Shown here piece after piece: positions 1 through 10,897 of a DNA stretch of 56,115 bases; position 1 is the stretch's first letter, and every line of letters begins with the position of its first letter. Source of the DNA: Macrostomum lignano (taxonomy: Eukaryota); assembly GCA_002269645.1 (NCBI GenBank), contig NIVC01004187.1:1-56115 (forward strand). The letters run 5' to 3'. The position numbers and the translations under genes were made by a program. Below the pieces are notes generated by a model that saw only the letters and a list, made by a program, of their open reading frames with translations, was not told the DNA's origin and did no database searches.

Positions 1-190
1 GTAAGATTCGTGAGATGAGAATCTCAGTAAGATTCTTGAGGTGAGAATCTCAAAGATTCTTTAGGTGAATCTCAGTAAGATTCTTAGGTGAGAATCTCAG
101 TAGAGATTCTTTGAGGTGAGAATCTTAGTAAGATTCGTGAGATGAGAATCTCAACAAGATTTTTAGGGTGAAAATCTCAGTAAGAATTCA
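1..190. repeat. Degenerate ~25-bp tandem repeat (GTAAGATTCTTAGGTGAGAATCTCA-like), truncated by window start
   Basis: Recurring gtaagattc...gtgagaatctca units with small indels; contains the short palindrome TGAGA-A-TCTCA. Confidence 0.75.
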
Positions 191-959
191 TGTGGCGATT
201 TTTGCTGGGAAATCTCTGGTCTGCAAGCGCAGGTCCAGTTGGAATATCCAGTTTTATTTGCAGTGCAAACACACAGTACAGGTTACACAGAATGGGCAAG
301 GGTGACAGCTCAAAACAGTAATAGTCAATGAGGAAAATCTTCAATACACACAGAGGTGCGAAATTCTCAAATCTGATCTGACAAATGACACAATGGGGGA
401 GGGGGCCGGCCTTGGCACTGCTGTCATGGAATGCAGTGCTATGCGATCCTCACCAATGCAAGTAGCGGATGAGCCTTGGCTGAGCTGGAAAATATGCAGT
501 AAAGATGGCCTCTCTGTTTGGCAGGGAATCGGACAGAGGAGTTTTGGGCTCGTCGTCTGCCAGCAACTTCTGCATTGGGCTCAGCACTGATGGGTGCGGT
601 GCACAAAAATTTTAGCACAAAACACGTGACAAAATGCACATTGAAATTTGTTCGCTGCTGTTTAAAAGTACAAATTCAAAGCCTTAAAGCTCAGATACAA
701 CACACAGGTTTTCTATTAGCGATAAACAGAGTGAGAAGCAGCTCTAGGGTCACGAGTAGAAATATTTTAAGCAAAACTGTTGTAGCACACGATACATAAC
801 TTGGTTCGGAATGGGAAAGCCCATGACAATAATTTCATATTAGTTGCTGAAATATTCTTTATTTGAAACACAATTAACATAGAAAAAATCTGAAACCTGA
901 TTTCTTAACCAAGGGCATGTTAGTCAGAAATACTATTTACTGACGCGTATATAATACCA

Positions 960-2500
960 CCTGTAACTTTCACCTGTCACTAAAACTGTCACTATCTCAC
1001 CTGTCAATCCCTCCAACCTGTCACTATCTCACCTGCCAATCCCTCCAACCTGTCACTATCTCATCTGTCAATCCCTCCAACCTGTCACTATCTCATCTGT
1101 CAATCACGCCAACCTGTCACTATCTCATCTGTCAATCCCTCCAACCTGTCACTATCTCACCTGTCAATCACGCCAACCTGTCACTATCTCATCTGTCAAT
1201 CCCTCCAACCTGTCACTATCTCACCTGTCAATCACGCCAACCTGTCACTATCTCATCTGTCAATCACGCCAACCTGTCACTATCTCACCTGTCAATCACG
1301 CCAACCTGTCACTATCTCATCTGTCAATCCCTCCAACCTGTCACTATCTCATCTGTCAATCACGCCAACATGTCACTATCTCATCTGTCAATCACGCCAA
1401 CCTGTCACTATCTCACCTGTCAATCACGCCAACCTGTCACTATCTCACCTGTCAATCACGCCAACCTGTCACTATCTCACCTGTCAATCCCCAACCTGTC
1501 ACTATCTCATCTGTCAATCACGCGAACCTGTCACTATCTCACCTGTCAATCCTTCCAACCTGTCACTATCTCACCTGTCAATCACGCCAACCTGTCACTA
1601 TCTCACCTGTCAATCCCTCCAACCTGTCACTATCTCACCTGTCAATCACACCAACCTGTCACTATCTCATCTGTCAATCCCTCCAACCTGTCACTATCTC
1701 ACCTGTCAATCACACCAACCTGTCACTATCTCATCTGTCAATCCCCAACCTGTCACTATCTCATCTGTCAATCACGCCAACCTGTCACTATCTCATCTGT
1801 CAATCCCTCCAACCTGTCACTATCTCACCTGTCAATCACGCCAACCTGTCACTATCTCACCTGTCAATCACGCCAACCTGTCACTATCTCACCTGTCAAT
1901 CCTTCCAACCTGTCACTATCTCACCTGTCAATCACGCCAACCTGTCACTATCTCACCTGTCAATCCCTCCAACCTGTCACTATCTCACCTGTCAATCACA
2001 CCAACCTGTCACTATCTCATCTGTCAATCCCTCCAACCTGTCACTATCTCACCTGTCAATCACACCAACCTGTCACTATCTCATCTGTCAATCACGCCAA
2101 CCTGTCACTATCTCATCTGTCAATCACGCCAACCTGTCACTATCTCACCTGTCAATCCCTCCAACCTGTCACTATCTCATCTGTCAATCACGCGAACCTG
2201 TCACTATCTTACCTGTCAATCCTTCCAACCTGTCACTATCTCACCTGTCAATCACGCCAACCTGTCACTATCTCATCTGTCAATCACGCCAACCTGTCAC
2301 TATCTCATCTGTCAATCCCTCCAACCTGTCACTATCTCACCTGTCAATCACGCCAACCTGTCACTATCTCACCTGTCAATCCCTCCAACCTGTCACTATC
2401 TCACCTGTCAATCACGCCAACCTGTCACTATCTCATCTGTCAATCCCTCCAACCTGTCACTATCTCACCTGTCAATCACGCGAACCTGTCACTATCTCAC
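960..2500. repeat. 32-bp minisatellite, about 48 copies
   Basis: Unit AACCTGTCACTATCTCA(C/T)CTGTCAATC(ACGCC/CCTCC), built from two ~16-bp subunits. Explains the repetitive ORF 1370..3046. Confidence 0.97.
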
Positions 2501-2536
2501 TTGTCGAACGAGCCCACCTATCCCCGCCAGTCACAG

Positions 2537-3074
2537 CTATTTCTCGTGCACCTTGGAGTGCCGCTTTCGCTCGTCGGAGCGGGCGAAGCGCCGGCCGCAC
2601 CGCTCGCACACGAACGGCCGTTCGCCGCTGTGCGTCCTTCGGTGCGTCGCCAGATGGTCGCTCCGGCTGAAGGCCCGGCTACACACCGGACACTGGAACG
2701 GCCTCTGTCCGGTGTGGATCCGGCCGTGTCTGGCCAGCTCGTCCGACCGGGAGAATCGACGGCCACAGCCGGCCACTTGGCAGGCGTGCGGCCGCTCCTG
2801 ATGCGGCGTTCGGCCACTTCGATGGCGCGGCTGCGGTGGCTGCGGTGGCTGCGGCGGCTGCTGTGGCGGCGGCGTTGGCTGAGGCAGCTGCTGCAGCTGA
2901 TGATGTGGCTGCGTATGATGTCGCTGCTGCTGCTGATGCTGATGCTGATGCTGCTGATGATGATGATGAAGATGCTGATGCTGATGATGTGGCTGGTGTT
3001 GGTGGACCTGAAGACAGTGCAGCTGACCGAAGGAGGCTGCACATGATGGACTACCGCTGAGAAATGCGGTGGAG
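2537..3074 (-). CDS. egr: EGR-family transcription factor, exon 3 (Q/H/P-rich linker plus three C2H2 fingers, stop)
   Basis: Reads ...[94 protein letters not shown]. Finger helices RSDEL/RSDHL/RSDER match EGR1/Zif268. Acceptor ttctcctctcctgcAG at 3076-3075; phase matches exon 2. Confidence 0.96.
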
Positions 3075-3235
3075 CTGCAGGAGAGGAGAATCAGTTCAGT
3101 TGGTTCATACTTGGAATTTTGTCCCGATGCTTTTCTGCTTCTCGGCTAACTCGCTCAGGTTACATTTATGAGTCTCTTTAATTCTACTTCAGCATCCTTT
3201 TATTCGTTTCTTAATGTATTTCCTACTTGATAATC

Positions 3236-3565
3236 CACTCCCGGTTTGACATTATACGAGCGTACTTCCAACTAGACATTCTACTTCCGATTTGACATTC
3301 CACTTCCGGTTTGACATTCCACTTCCTGTTTGACATTCTACTTCCGGCTAGAAATTTCACTTCCGGTTAGACATTCTACTTCCGGCTAGACATTCCACTT
3401 CCGGTTAGACATTCTACTTCCGGTTTGACATTCTACTTCCGGCTAGAAATTTCACTTCCGGTTAGACATTCTACTTCCGGCTAGACATTCCACTTCCGGT
3501 TAGACATTCTACTTCCAGTTTGACATTCCACTTTCGGTTTGGCCTTTTACTTCCTGTTTGACATT
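3236..3565. repeat. 19-bp minisatellite in EGR intron 2, rich in ETS cores
   Basis: Unit (C/T)ACTTCCGG(T/C)T(T/A)GACATTC; ACTTCCGG counted 10 times between 3302 and 3499, plus ACTTCCTG twice. Confidence 0.93.
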
Positions 3566-3669
3566 CCATTTCTAATACTACTACTATCTGCTCTAATGGT
3601 TCAAACACAGGCTCCACAATTCGTACTTTATTCCAGTATTATAACATCGGATTGGAGGATGCCCCATAC

Positions 3670-4147
3670 CTGGAGGGAGTCTCCCGTTGTTGCTCCTGCC
3701 GCCGTCGCCGACGAAGGTCTAGAGCCATGTTCTGCTGCTGCTGCTGCTGTTGTTGTTGTTGCTGCTGATGCTGCTGATAAGCGCCTTTGATACCTCCATC
3801 GCCTTCTATGTTGTTGCTATGGGAAGAAGCCGCAGCATGCGCGCCTCCCTCTGCTCCCGAAGCCGCCGCCGCCGCAGCAGCCGCAGCAGCCGCAGCCGCC
3901 GCTGTCACCTCAGCGTGAACTTCCATCGCGATGATCTCGGCAGCCTCGTCCAGAGCTTGGCGCTCCTGGCCCGATAGCTCCAGCATGTCGAACGGGCTGA
4001 GCGCTTCGAACCTGTCTGGGGATTCCTGCTTCAGTGTCAGCAGCTGATGGTGCTGGGCACGCTCATGCGGATACTGTTGATGAGGCTGATGATGCTGCAG
4101 CTGCAGTCCCTGATGGAGAGTCGCCGGTTGGAGGCCGCAAAAATGTT
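3670..4147 (-). CDS. egr: EGR-family transcription factor, exon 2 (poly-Q, poly-A, LKQESP, MALDLRRRRR)
   Basis: Part of ORF 3639..4229. Donor AG|GTATGG at 3669 (phase 2) matches the exon 3 acceptor. Acceptor attgcAG at 4149-4148 (phase 1) matches exon 1; an alternative in-phase acceptor would start the exon at 4192. Confidence 0.8.
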
Positions 4148-4200
4148 CTGCAATTTTTGTTTTACAATTGCTACGTGAATGGAAATTCAAATCTGAGAGT

Positions 4201-4835
4201 CCCAATCCCAACCCCAACCCCAACCCCAATCACAATCCCTATCTTAATCCCAACCTAAATCCCAATCCCTAATCCCAACCCCAACCCCGATCCCTAATCC
4301 CAACTCCAACATCAACTAAAATCTCTAATCCCTACCCCAATCCTCAACCCCAACCCCTAATCCCCTAATCCCAATCCCAATCCCTAATCCCAACCCCAAC
4401 CCCAACCCCAACCCCAACCCCAATCCCAATCTCAATCCCAACCCAAATCCCAATCCCTAATCCTAACCCCAATCCCAACCCTAATCCCAACCCCAACCCC
4501 AACCCCAATCCCAATCCCAATCCCAATCTCAATCCCAACCCAAATCCCAACCTCAATCCCAATCCTAATCTCAATACCAACCCAAATCCCAATCCCTAAT
4601 CCCAACCCCAATCCCAACCCTAATCCCAACCCCAACCCCAATCCCAATCCCAATCCCAATCTCAATCCCAACCCAAATCCCAATCCCTAATCCCAACCCC
4701 AATCCCAATCCCTAATCCCAACCTCAATCCCAATCCTAATCTCAATCCCAACCCCAATCCCAACCCTAATCCCAACTCCAATCCCAACCCCAATCCCAAC
4801 CCTAATCCCACCCCAATCCCAACCCCAATCCCAAG
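4201..4835. repeat. Degenerate telomere-like hexamer array (CCCAAT/CCCAAC/CCTAAT) in EGR intron 1
   Basis: Hexamer periodicity with interspersed CCCTAA; G-rich on the EGR sense strand. Confidence 0.9.
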
Positions 4836-5382
4836 TTAAACGGTTGATGACAACCCCGATAAAGAGGTTCCCGGCTGCAGGATACAGATTGCTAAAATTT
4901 AAGCTACCGGATAATCTGGCAGAGGGTTTTGGGAAGCCGCAAAGGGAAGCACAGACAGCTCCGGGCTGATCTCAGCGCTATAAATTTAAGCCCAAAACAG
5001 GGGGGGGGGGCACATTGCCTCGCGTCCTTCCAGCACGGTGTGTGGGAGGAGCGAGAGCGAGAGAGGCCAGTAGCAAGGGGATTAGCTTAGCCGATTTAAA
5101 AGCGGAAAGTGAGCGCAATTCAACTTCTAAACTTTCCCTCTCTCTCTTTTCACGCCCATGCATTTCAGCAAGGCTGCCGCTGTAAGAGAATGAGAGAAAT
5201 GAGAGAGAGGGTGAGAGAGAGTGCTTGGGGTTTCTTCTGTCGGGAAGGTGAACCTGTGTACTATTTTTTCCGTAAAGCCAGCGTCAAGAAGTCAATGGAA
5301 TGCGCCGGAATGATTTCTGCCCGCAGTTGCTCGTATTTTGCCTTGGCTTGCTTGATTGCGCCTGCAAGCGGTCATTGAGCTG

Positions 5383-6453
<1,071 letters not shown>

Positions 6454-6485
6454 CACCTGTCTGTCTGCACCTGCTGGGCACTCAC

Positions 6486-6954
6486 CGCTGTCTCCCTCGA
6501 GCGGCTCCAGCTTCAGACTGCCGCTGGCAGAAACTGCGGTTGTCGCCGCTGCTGCGGCCGCCGCTTCTTCCTCCTGACGGAGCTGCTGGGCGAGTTGCAG
6601 CAGGCTGGACTCTCCTGACCCCGTCCCGGCGGCCGCCTCATCAACCGGCTCATCGTAGCCAGCCTCCTCGGGCGGCAGCGGCGGCGTCAGCAGCCCGGAG
6701 TCCGCGGCCATGTCACCGCCTCGATGGTCTCGCTTGCTGGCTTCGGCGGACGCGCCGGGTGCCGCTGCCTGGGCCGATGCCGAAACCGAAGTCGATGCTG
6801 TCGTTGAGACTTCCTGCCTGGCCGATGTCTCGACATCGTCGAAATCTGCGAGCAGCTCCGGAGAAGCCAGGCTGAGTGCGGTCTCATCCAGCGCCTGCCG
6901 GGTGAGCTGATCCAGCTGCTGCTTGGTCAGGCCGCTCCAGTGCTCATCTGCCAT
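6486..6954 (-). CDS. egr: Probable EGR exon 1 (acidic/Ala-rich N-terminus MADEHWSG...[10 protein letters not shown])
   Basis: ATG at 6954; GC-rich coding-like sequence; canonical donor G|GTGAGT at 6485 (phase 1) compatible with exon 2. The three exons total 1485 nt = 494 aa plus stop. Linkage to EGR is inferred from phase, strand and promoter. Confidence 0.75.
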
Positions 6955-7049
6955 TTGAGCTCGTTCAGCGCGAAGCGAACCCCGGGAAAAAAATGCTGCT
7001 CGAATCCGACTGGAGCTGGCAGCGCCGAGTGCCAACGAGAGCGGAGCAC

Positions 7050-7083
7050 TTTTATGAATGATTGCCGGCACCGCCAAATATGG
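7050..7083 (-). promoter_or_regulatory. EGR core promoter candidate: perfect CArG box plus CATAAAA TATA-like element
   Basis: CCAAATATGG at 7074..7083 (CCATATTTGG on minus) fits CC(A/T)6GG; CATAAAA on minus at 7056..7050, about 100 bp upstream of the ATG. Confidence 0.65.
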
Positions 7084-7275
7084 CCTCAGATGGGGTGGCT
7101 GCCCCGCGACCACTCTTCCCTCTGCCGGGAACGCTGTTTAGTAGGCGGGCAATCCCAGCCCTGCCCCGTCCCGATCCGCAGTGCACTGTTGAGTCTCTGC
7201 CCCACCAGCAAACAGCAGCAGGAACGCGCCGCCGGCCAATCAGCTGGCCGAAACTCCTTCTATCCCCGCTGGGAT

Positions 7276-7285
7276 CTAAAAATAG
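7276..7285. promoter_or_regulatory. Consensus MEF2 site upstream of EGR
   Basis: CTAAAAATAG fits CTA(A/T)4TAG; CCAAT near 7236 and a 9/10 CArG (CCTTATTTAG) at 7386..7395. Confidence 0.5.
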
Positions 7286-7489
7286 AACACTGAAAATTTC
7301 TGTCCTTCTTGCCTGAAGCTCACCAGTTTGAATGGAATCCCCCTGATTGCCACGCGACAATTCAAAATAATTTTTTGTTAGACCACCTTATTTAGACAGA
7401 TACGAGCTGTCTTGTTGTCAAGCGGTGTGTGGGCTGGAAATGAGAATGCAGTGGGAGGAGAGTGAGGAATGAAGTAAACAATGGGGAGA

Positions 7490-7640
7490 AGAGGTAGAGA
7501 GGGAGAGGAGAGAGGGAGATGAGAAAGGGAGAAGAGAGAGGGAGATGAGAAAGGGAGAGGAGAGAGGGAGAGGAGAGAGGGAGAGGGAGAGAGGGAGATG
7601 AGAGAGGGAGATGAGAGTGGGAGAGGAAAGTAGGAGAAGT
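7490..7640. repeat. AG-rich low-complexity purine tract
   Basis: Almost exclusively G/A. Confidence 0.85.
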
Positions 7641-7713
7641 AGAAGCAGGAAGAGTCAGACATGGAGTGGAAGATATTGGACAGATAAAAGCAAAATCATA
7701 GATTTGAAGAATT

Positions 7714-8329
7714 GTGCCGTGACTTCCGTCCGGGTTTGAACTCGCGCTGGGAGCCGGCGGTCGTCAGCGGCAGAGAGCCCGGCCGCCGCTGGTCGCTGGT
7801 TTACTTGCGCTTTTCCTGACGGCCAGCTCATCCGCCGTCATGTCGATCACATGCGTGGCCTCGACAATTCTGGCGTTTCTCAAAACACAGACCGAGAACA
7901 GACCTCTCAGCAGGCCGTTCCGGAGCAGCAACCCGCGCCCGATGAGTTGAGCAACGAAGGCGAAGCGAGCCCACTGGCAGAAGCAGTTGGAGTTCTGCAG
8001 CCCGCGGACTGCTCCGGCGCCGGCCAAACCGACGAGCTTCTACGGCGATCCATGAGAATCCGGAAGGCACCCGACCGACTGGGATATGATTGACTTATGC
8101 GGGGAGGAATGTGGCAAAGTGCCACTGGACTGATCTGGGGTTGCGTGGGCACGTTGGTTATTGCTTAAGTATGCACCTCATTGATTGCTCGTCCTCGCGT
8201 GTACGTGTATCGTGTACTAATGTACGTCGTGGCTATTTAATATATATACGCGTGCGCTAACTAGCAGTCGCTCAAGCTTTCTCGTAAAGTTCTAACTTAC
8301 TTAACCAGTGGTTCGCATGAGTTATTACA
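7714..8329 (+). mobile_element. 5'-truncated, degenerate Ty3/gypsy 3' end: integrase C-terminus, PPT and one LTR
   Basis: Translates CRDFRPGLNSRWEPAVV, then after a frameshift FPDGQLIRRHVDHMR...LRRSMRIRKAPDRLGYD*, typical of gypsy pol tails. PPT GCGGGGAGGAA precedes TGTGGC at 8110; candidate LTR 8110..8329 ends TTACA. Confidence 0.75.
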
Positions 8330-8386
8330 AATTGCTTTTAAGAAACAAATAATTTCCATCGAATCGAAATTCTGCTGAGGCTTGGT

Positions 8387-8429
8387 GAGAGTCAGAGTCA
8401 GAGTCAGAGTGAGAGTCAGAGTCAGAGTC

Positions 8430-8464
<35 letters not shown>

Positions 8465-8550
8465 CAGAGTGAGAGTCAGAGTGAGAGTCAGAGTGAGTCA
8501 GAGTCAGAGTGAGAAGTCAGAGTGAGAGTCAGAGTCAGAGTGAGAGTGAA
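8387..8550. repeat. (GAGTCA/GAGTGA)n hexamer microsatellite
   Basis: Direct hexamer periodicity. Confidence 0.92.
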
Positions 8551-8664
8551 AGTCATCTCAGGCTCAAGACGCGCAGCGGTTAAAGTGCGGGCCGGGGAGT
8601 GGGTTGGCTGCCGGGGGGAGGGCGGCGGAGGCGAGGTGGCCGGTCACGCAAAGGGAATGCTGTT

Positions 8665-8673
8665 GCGTGGGCG
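8665..8673. promoter_or_regulatory. Perfect EGR binding site GCGTGGGCG in a GC-rich unique island
   Basis: Exact Zif268 consensus; a second near-site GCGTGGGAT at 8731..8739. Confidence 0.45.
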
Positions 8674-8924
8674 GGCAGCGGTTCAACTGGAGGCACAGGA
8701 CTGCGCCTGGCTGCCCCGTGTTGCTGAGGTGCGTGGGATCCGCTTCCGCTGGGTGCGGGTTTGCTTGGCCCATTGTCTCTGTGCTGTGCCTCTTATTGCG
8801 AGCTCCTAATATGCGAGGGAAATGGAAATGCATGTTGAGGTTTTAGATTAAAGCGCTACAGGCTGCATTGCTTGTTGCTAAGATTATTCTCTGTCAAATA
8901 TGTTCTCATCAAACAATAAGCCAT

Positions 8925-9345
8925 TTCCCCTCTCCTCTCTCCTCTCTTCTCTCTCTCTACGAGCGTATCACCCTTTCTCCCCTGTACCCTCTCTCCTCTA
9001 ATCTCTCCTCTAATCTCTCCTCTCCATTCTCCTCTCCTCTCTCCTCTCCCTTCTCTAATCTCTCCTCTCCCTTCTCCTCCAATCTCTCCTCTCCCTTCTC
9101 CTCTCCTCTCTCCTCTCCTCTCTCCTCTAATCTCTCCTCTCCTCTCTCCTCTCCCTTCTCTAATCTCTCCTCTCCCTTCTCCTCCAATCTCTCCTCTCCC
9201 TTCTCCTCCTCTCTCTTCTCCTCTCTCCTCTAATCTCTCTTCTCCCTTCTCCTCTAATATCTCCTCTCCTCTCTTTAATCTGCTCTCCTCTCCACGTTCT
9301 CTCTCTCTTTTTTGTCTCTTCTATTCTCTCTTCTCTCTCTTCTCC
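8925..9345. repeat. CT-rich low-complexity repeat
   Basis: CTCTCCT/CTAATCT units. Confidence 0.9.
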
Positions 9346-10653
9346 TTCAATTCTCTTTTACGACACAGTTTCTGTTCTATCTCTGCTCACTTCACCCAAT
9401 TTTCCAGCTCTATCCATATCCGCTCCCCTTTCGTTACGCTCCAATTCTAACTCGTGACCTCCGACGAACCCGGAAAAATGATGCTAATCCAATAAATGCG
9501 AAAGGATGCCCCACAGTAGCGGAATGCTCGTAATATTGAATAGCTTCAAGGACAGATCCAGCTCGAGTCGTTTCACCTCGAGGTCTCACCTCGCGATCAC
9601 TCAGATGTCAAGTGAGACGTTTTGTTTCAATCGGCATGTTTCTCTAATTAATTTTCCGAGAGAGTGAGACCCGCTAGTCAGCTTACCGCTGAGGAAGATG
9701 AAAAACAACAGGTGGACTTTAGAGTAACTCGGTCGTTGGTGAACTCTCTGAGCCTTAGCGAACGAACGAAGCCCCCCGGCCGAGGAATTCCAGGTGAGAT
9801 TTCAAAGTGAGGACAGACCCGCTGAAAACACGGAGGTGACGGTCGGCAGCAAGTTGAGCAAAACAAACTGCCCGGATGTCTTAGAATGAGCTTACCGGTA
9901 ATTACGGCCCACGGAAGGCATTCGACGTCAACGAATGACGCAAATGAATTAACACATCGACAGGAAATGACCTAATTGGGGAATCACATGACTCCCACTG
10001 GATAGGGTGGTGCCTATTCAGCTAATGCAAAACTTGGGCGGCCCCTATCCCTGATTGATGCCAGTTGCTGGCGCTAATCCGATCGGGCAGTCATTTGCAG
10101 TCAGAATGACTGACTTCAAAATACGGGTGGGATGAACTCCAACAGAAAAGCGCGTCATCGTGGCGTGCATCGGAACTGGGCTCGAGAGGCGGTGCAGCGC
10201 GCATTCAAATATTTTAAGCCCAGGCCAAATCCGAAACGATTTATAATCATCCTTCTTATAAATAATAAAAGAATAGCATAGAGACCTGTTTCAATATTCT
10301 TAAATTAGTTTTTTTGCGTGATTCAGAAATAAAGGAGAACCCGACAACGCAATTAGGCACCCCGATGCCAACTGGCTGTGGGCTGATGCAGTTAACGCGT
10401 GATGCAGCGGCTTCATCATTAATTCCGCAGAAAGTGCTCACCTACTTACCTCTCTGAAAGGACAACTATGGCCTGGTTTGAACCTGTTGATTGCCTGACT
10501 TCTTGTCAAAAACCCAGATTAAAACAATTACTCACCGGGCCAACAGTGCAGCGGAACGGGAGTGCCCGGGGCAACGGCTGGCTCTGAGTAGAAACTGGCG
10601 GAGCCTGCATTGTTGTGACGCCTCAAGCCCACAGCTGCCCTCTCTCCAATCTG

Positions 10654-10897
<244 letters not shown>

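Noticed and set aside
4148-4229. Track start of ORF 3639..4229 (MGLGLG...)
   Set aside because: Begins at a non-ATG codon inside the hexamer repeat; better explained as intron 1.
4978-5163. TATAAA at ~4979 and a short minus ORF as an alternative EGR first exon or promoter
   Set aside because: The TATA is on the wrong strand for EGR and no compatible donor was found; the 6954..6486 exon fits better.
7490-9345. AG-rich and CT-rich tracts as inverted repeats flanking the EGR upstream island (similar pairs near 42000/43100 and 46400/47300)
   Set aside because: Complementarity is explained by two-letter low complexity; there is no specific shared unit.
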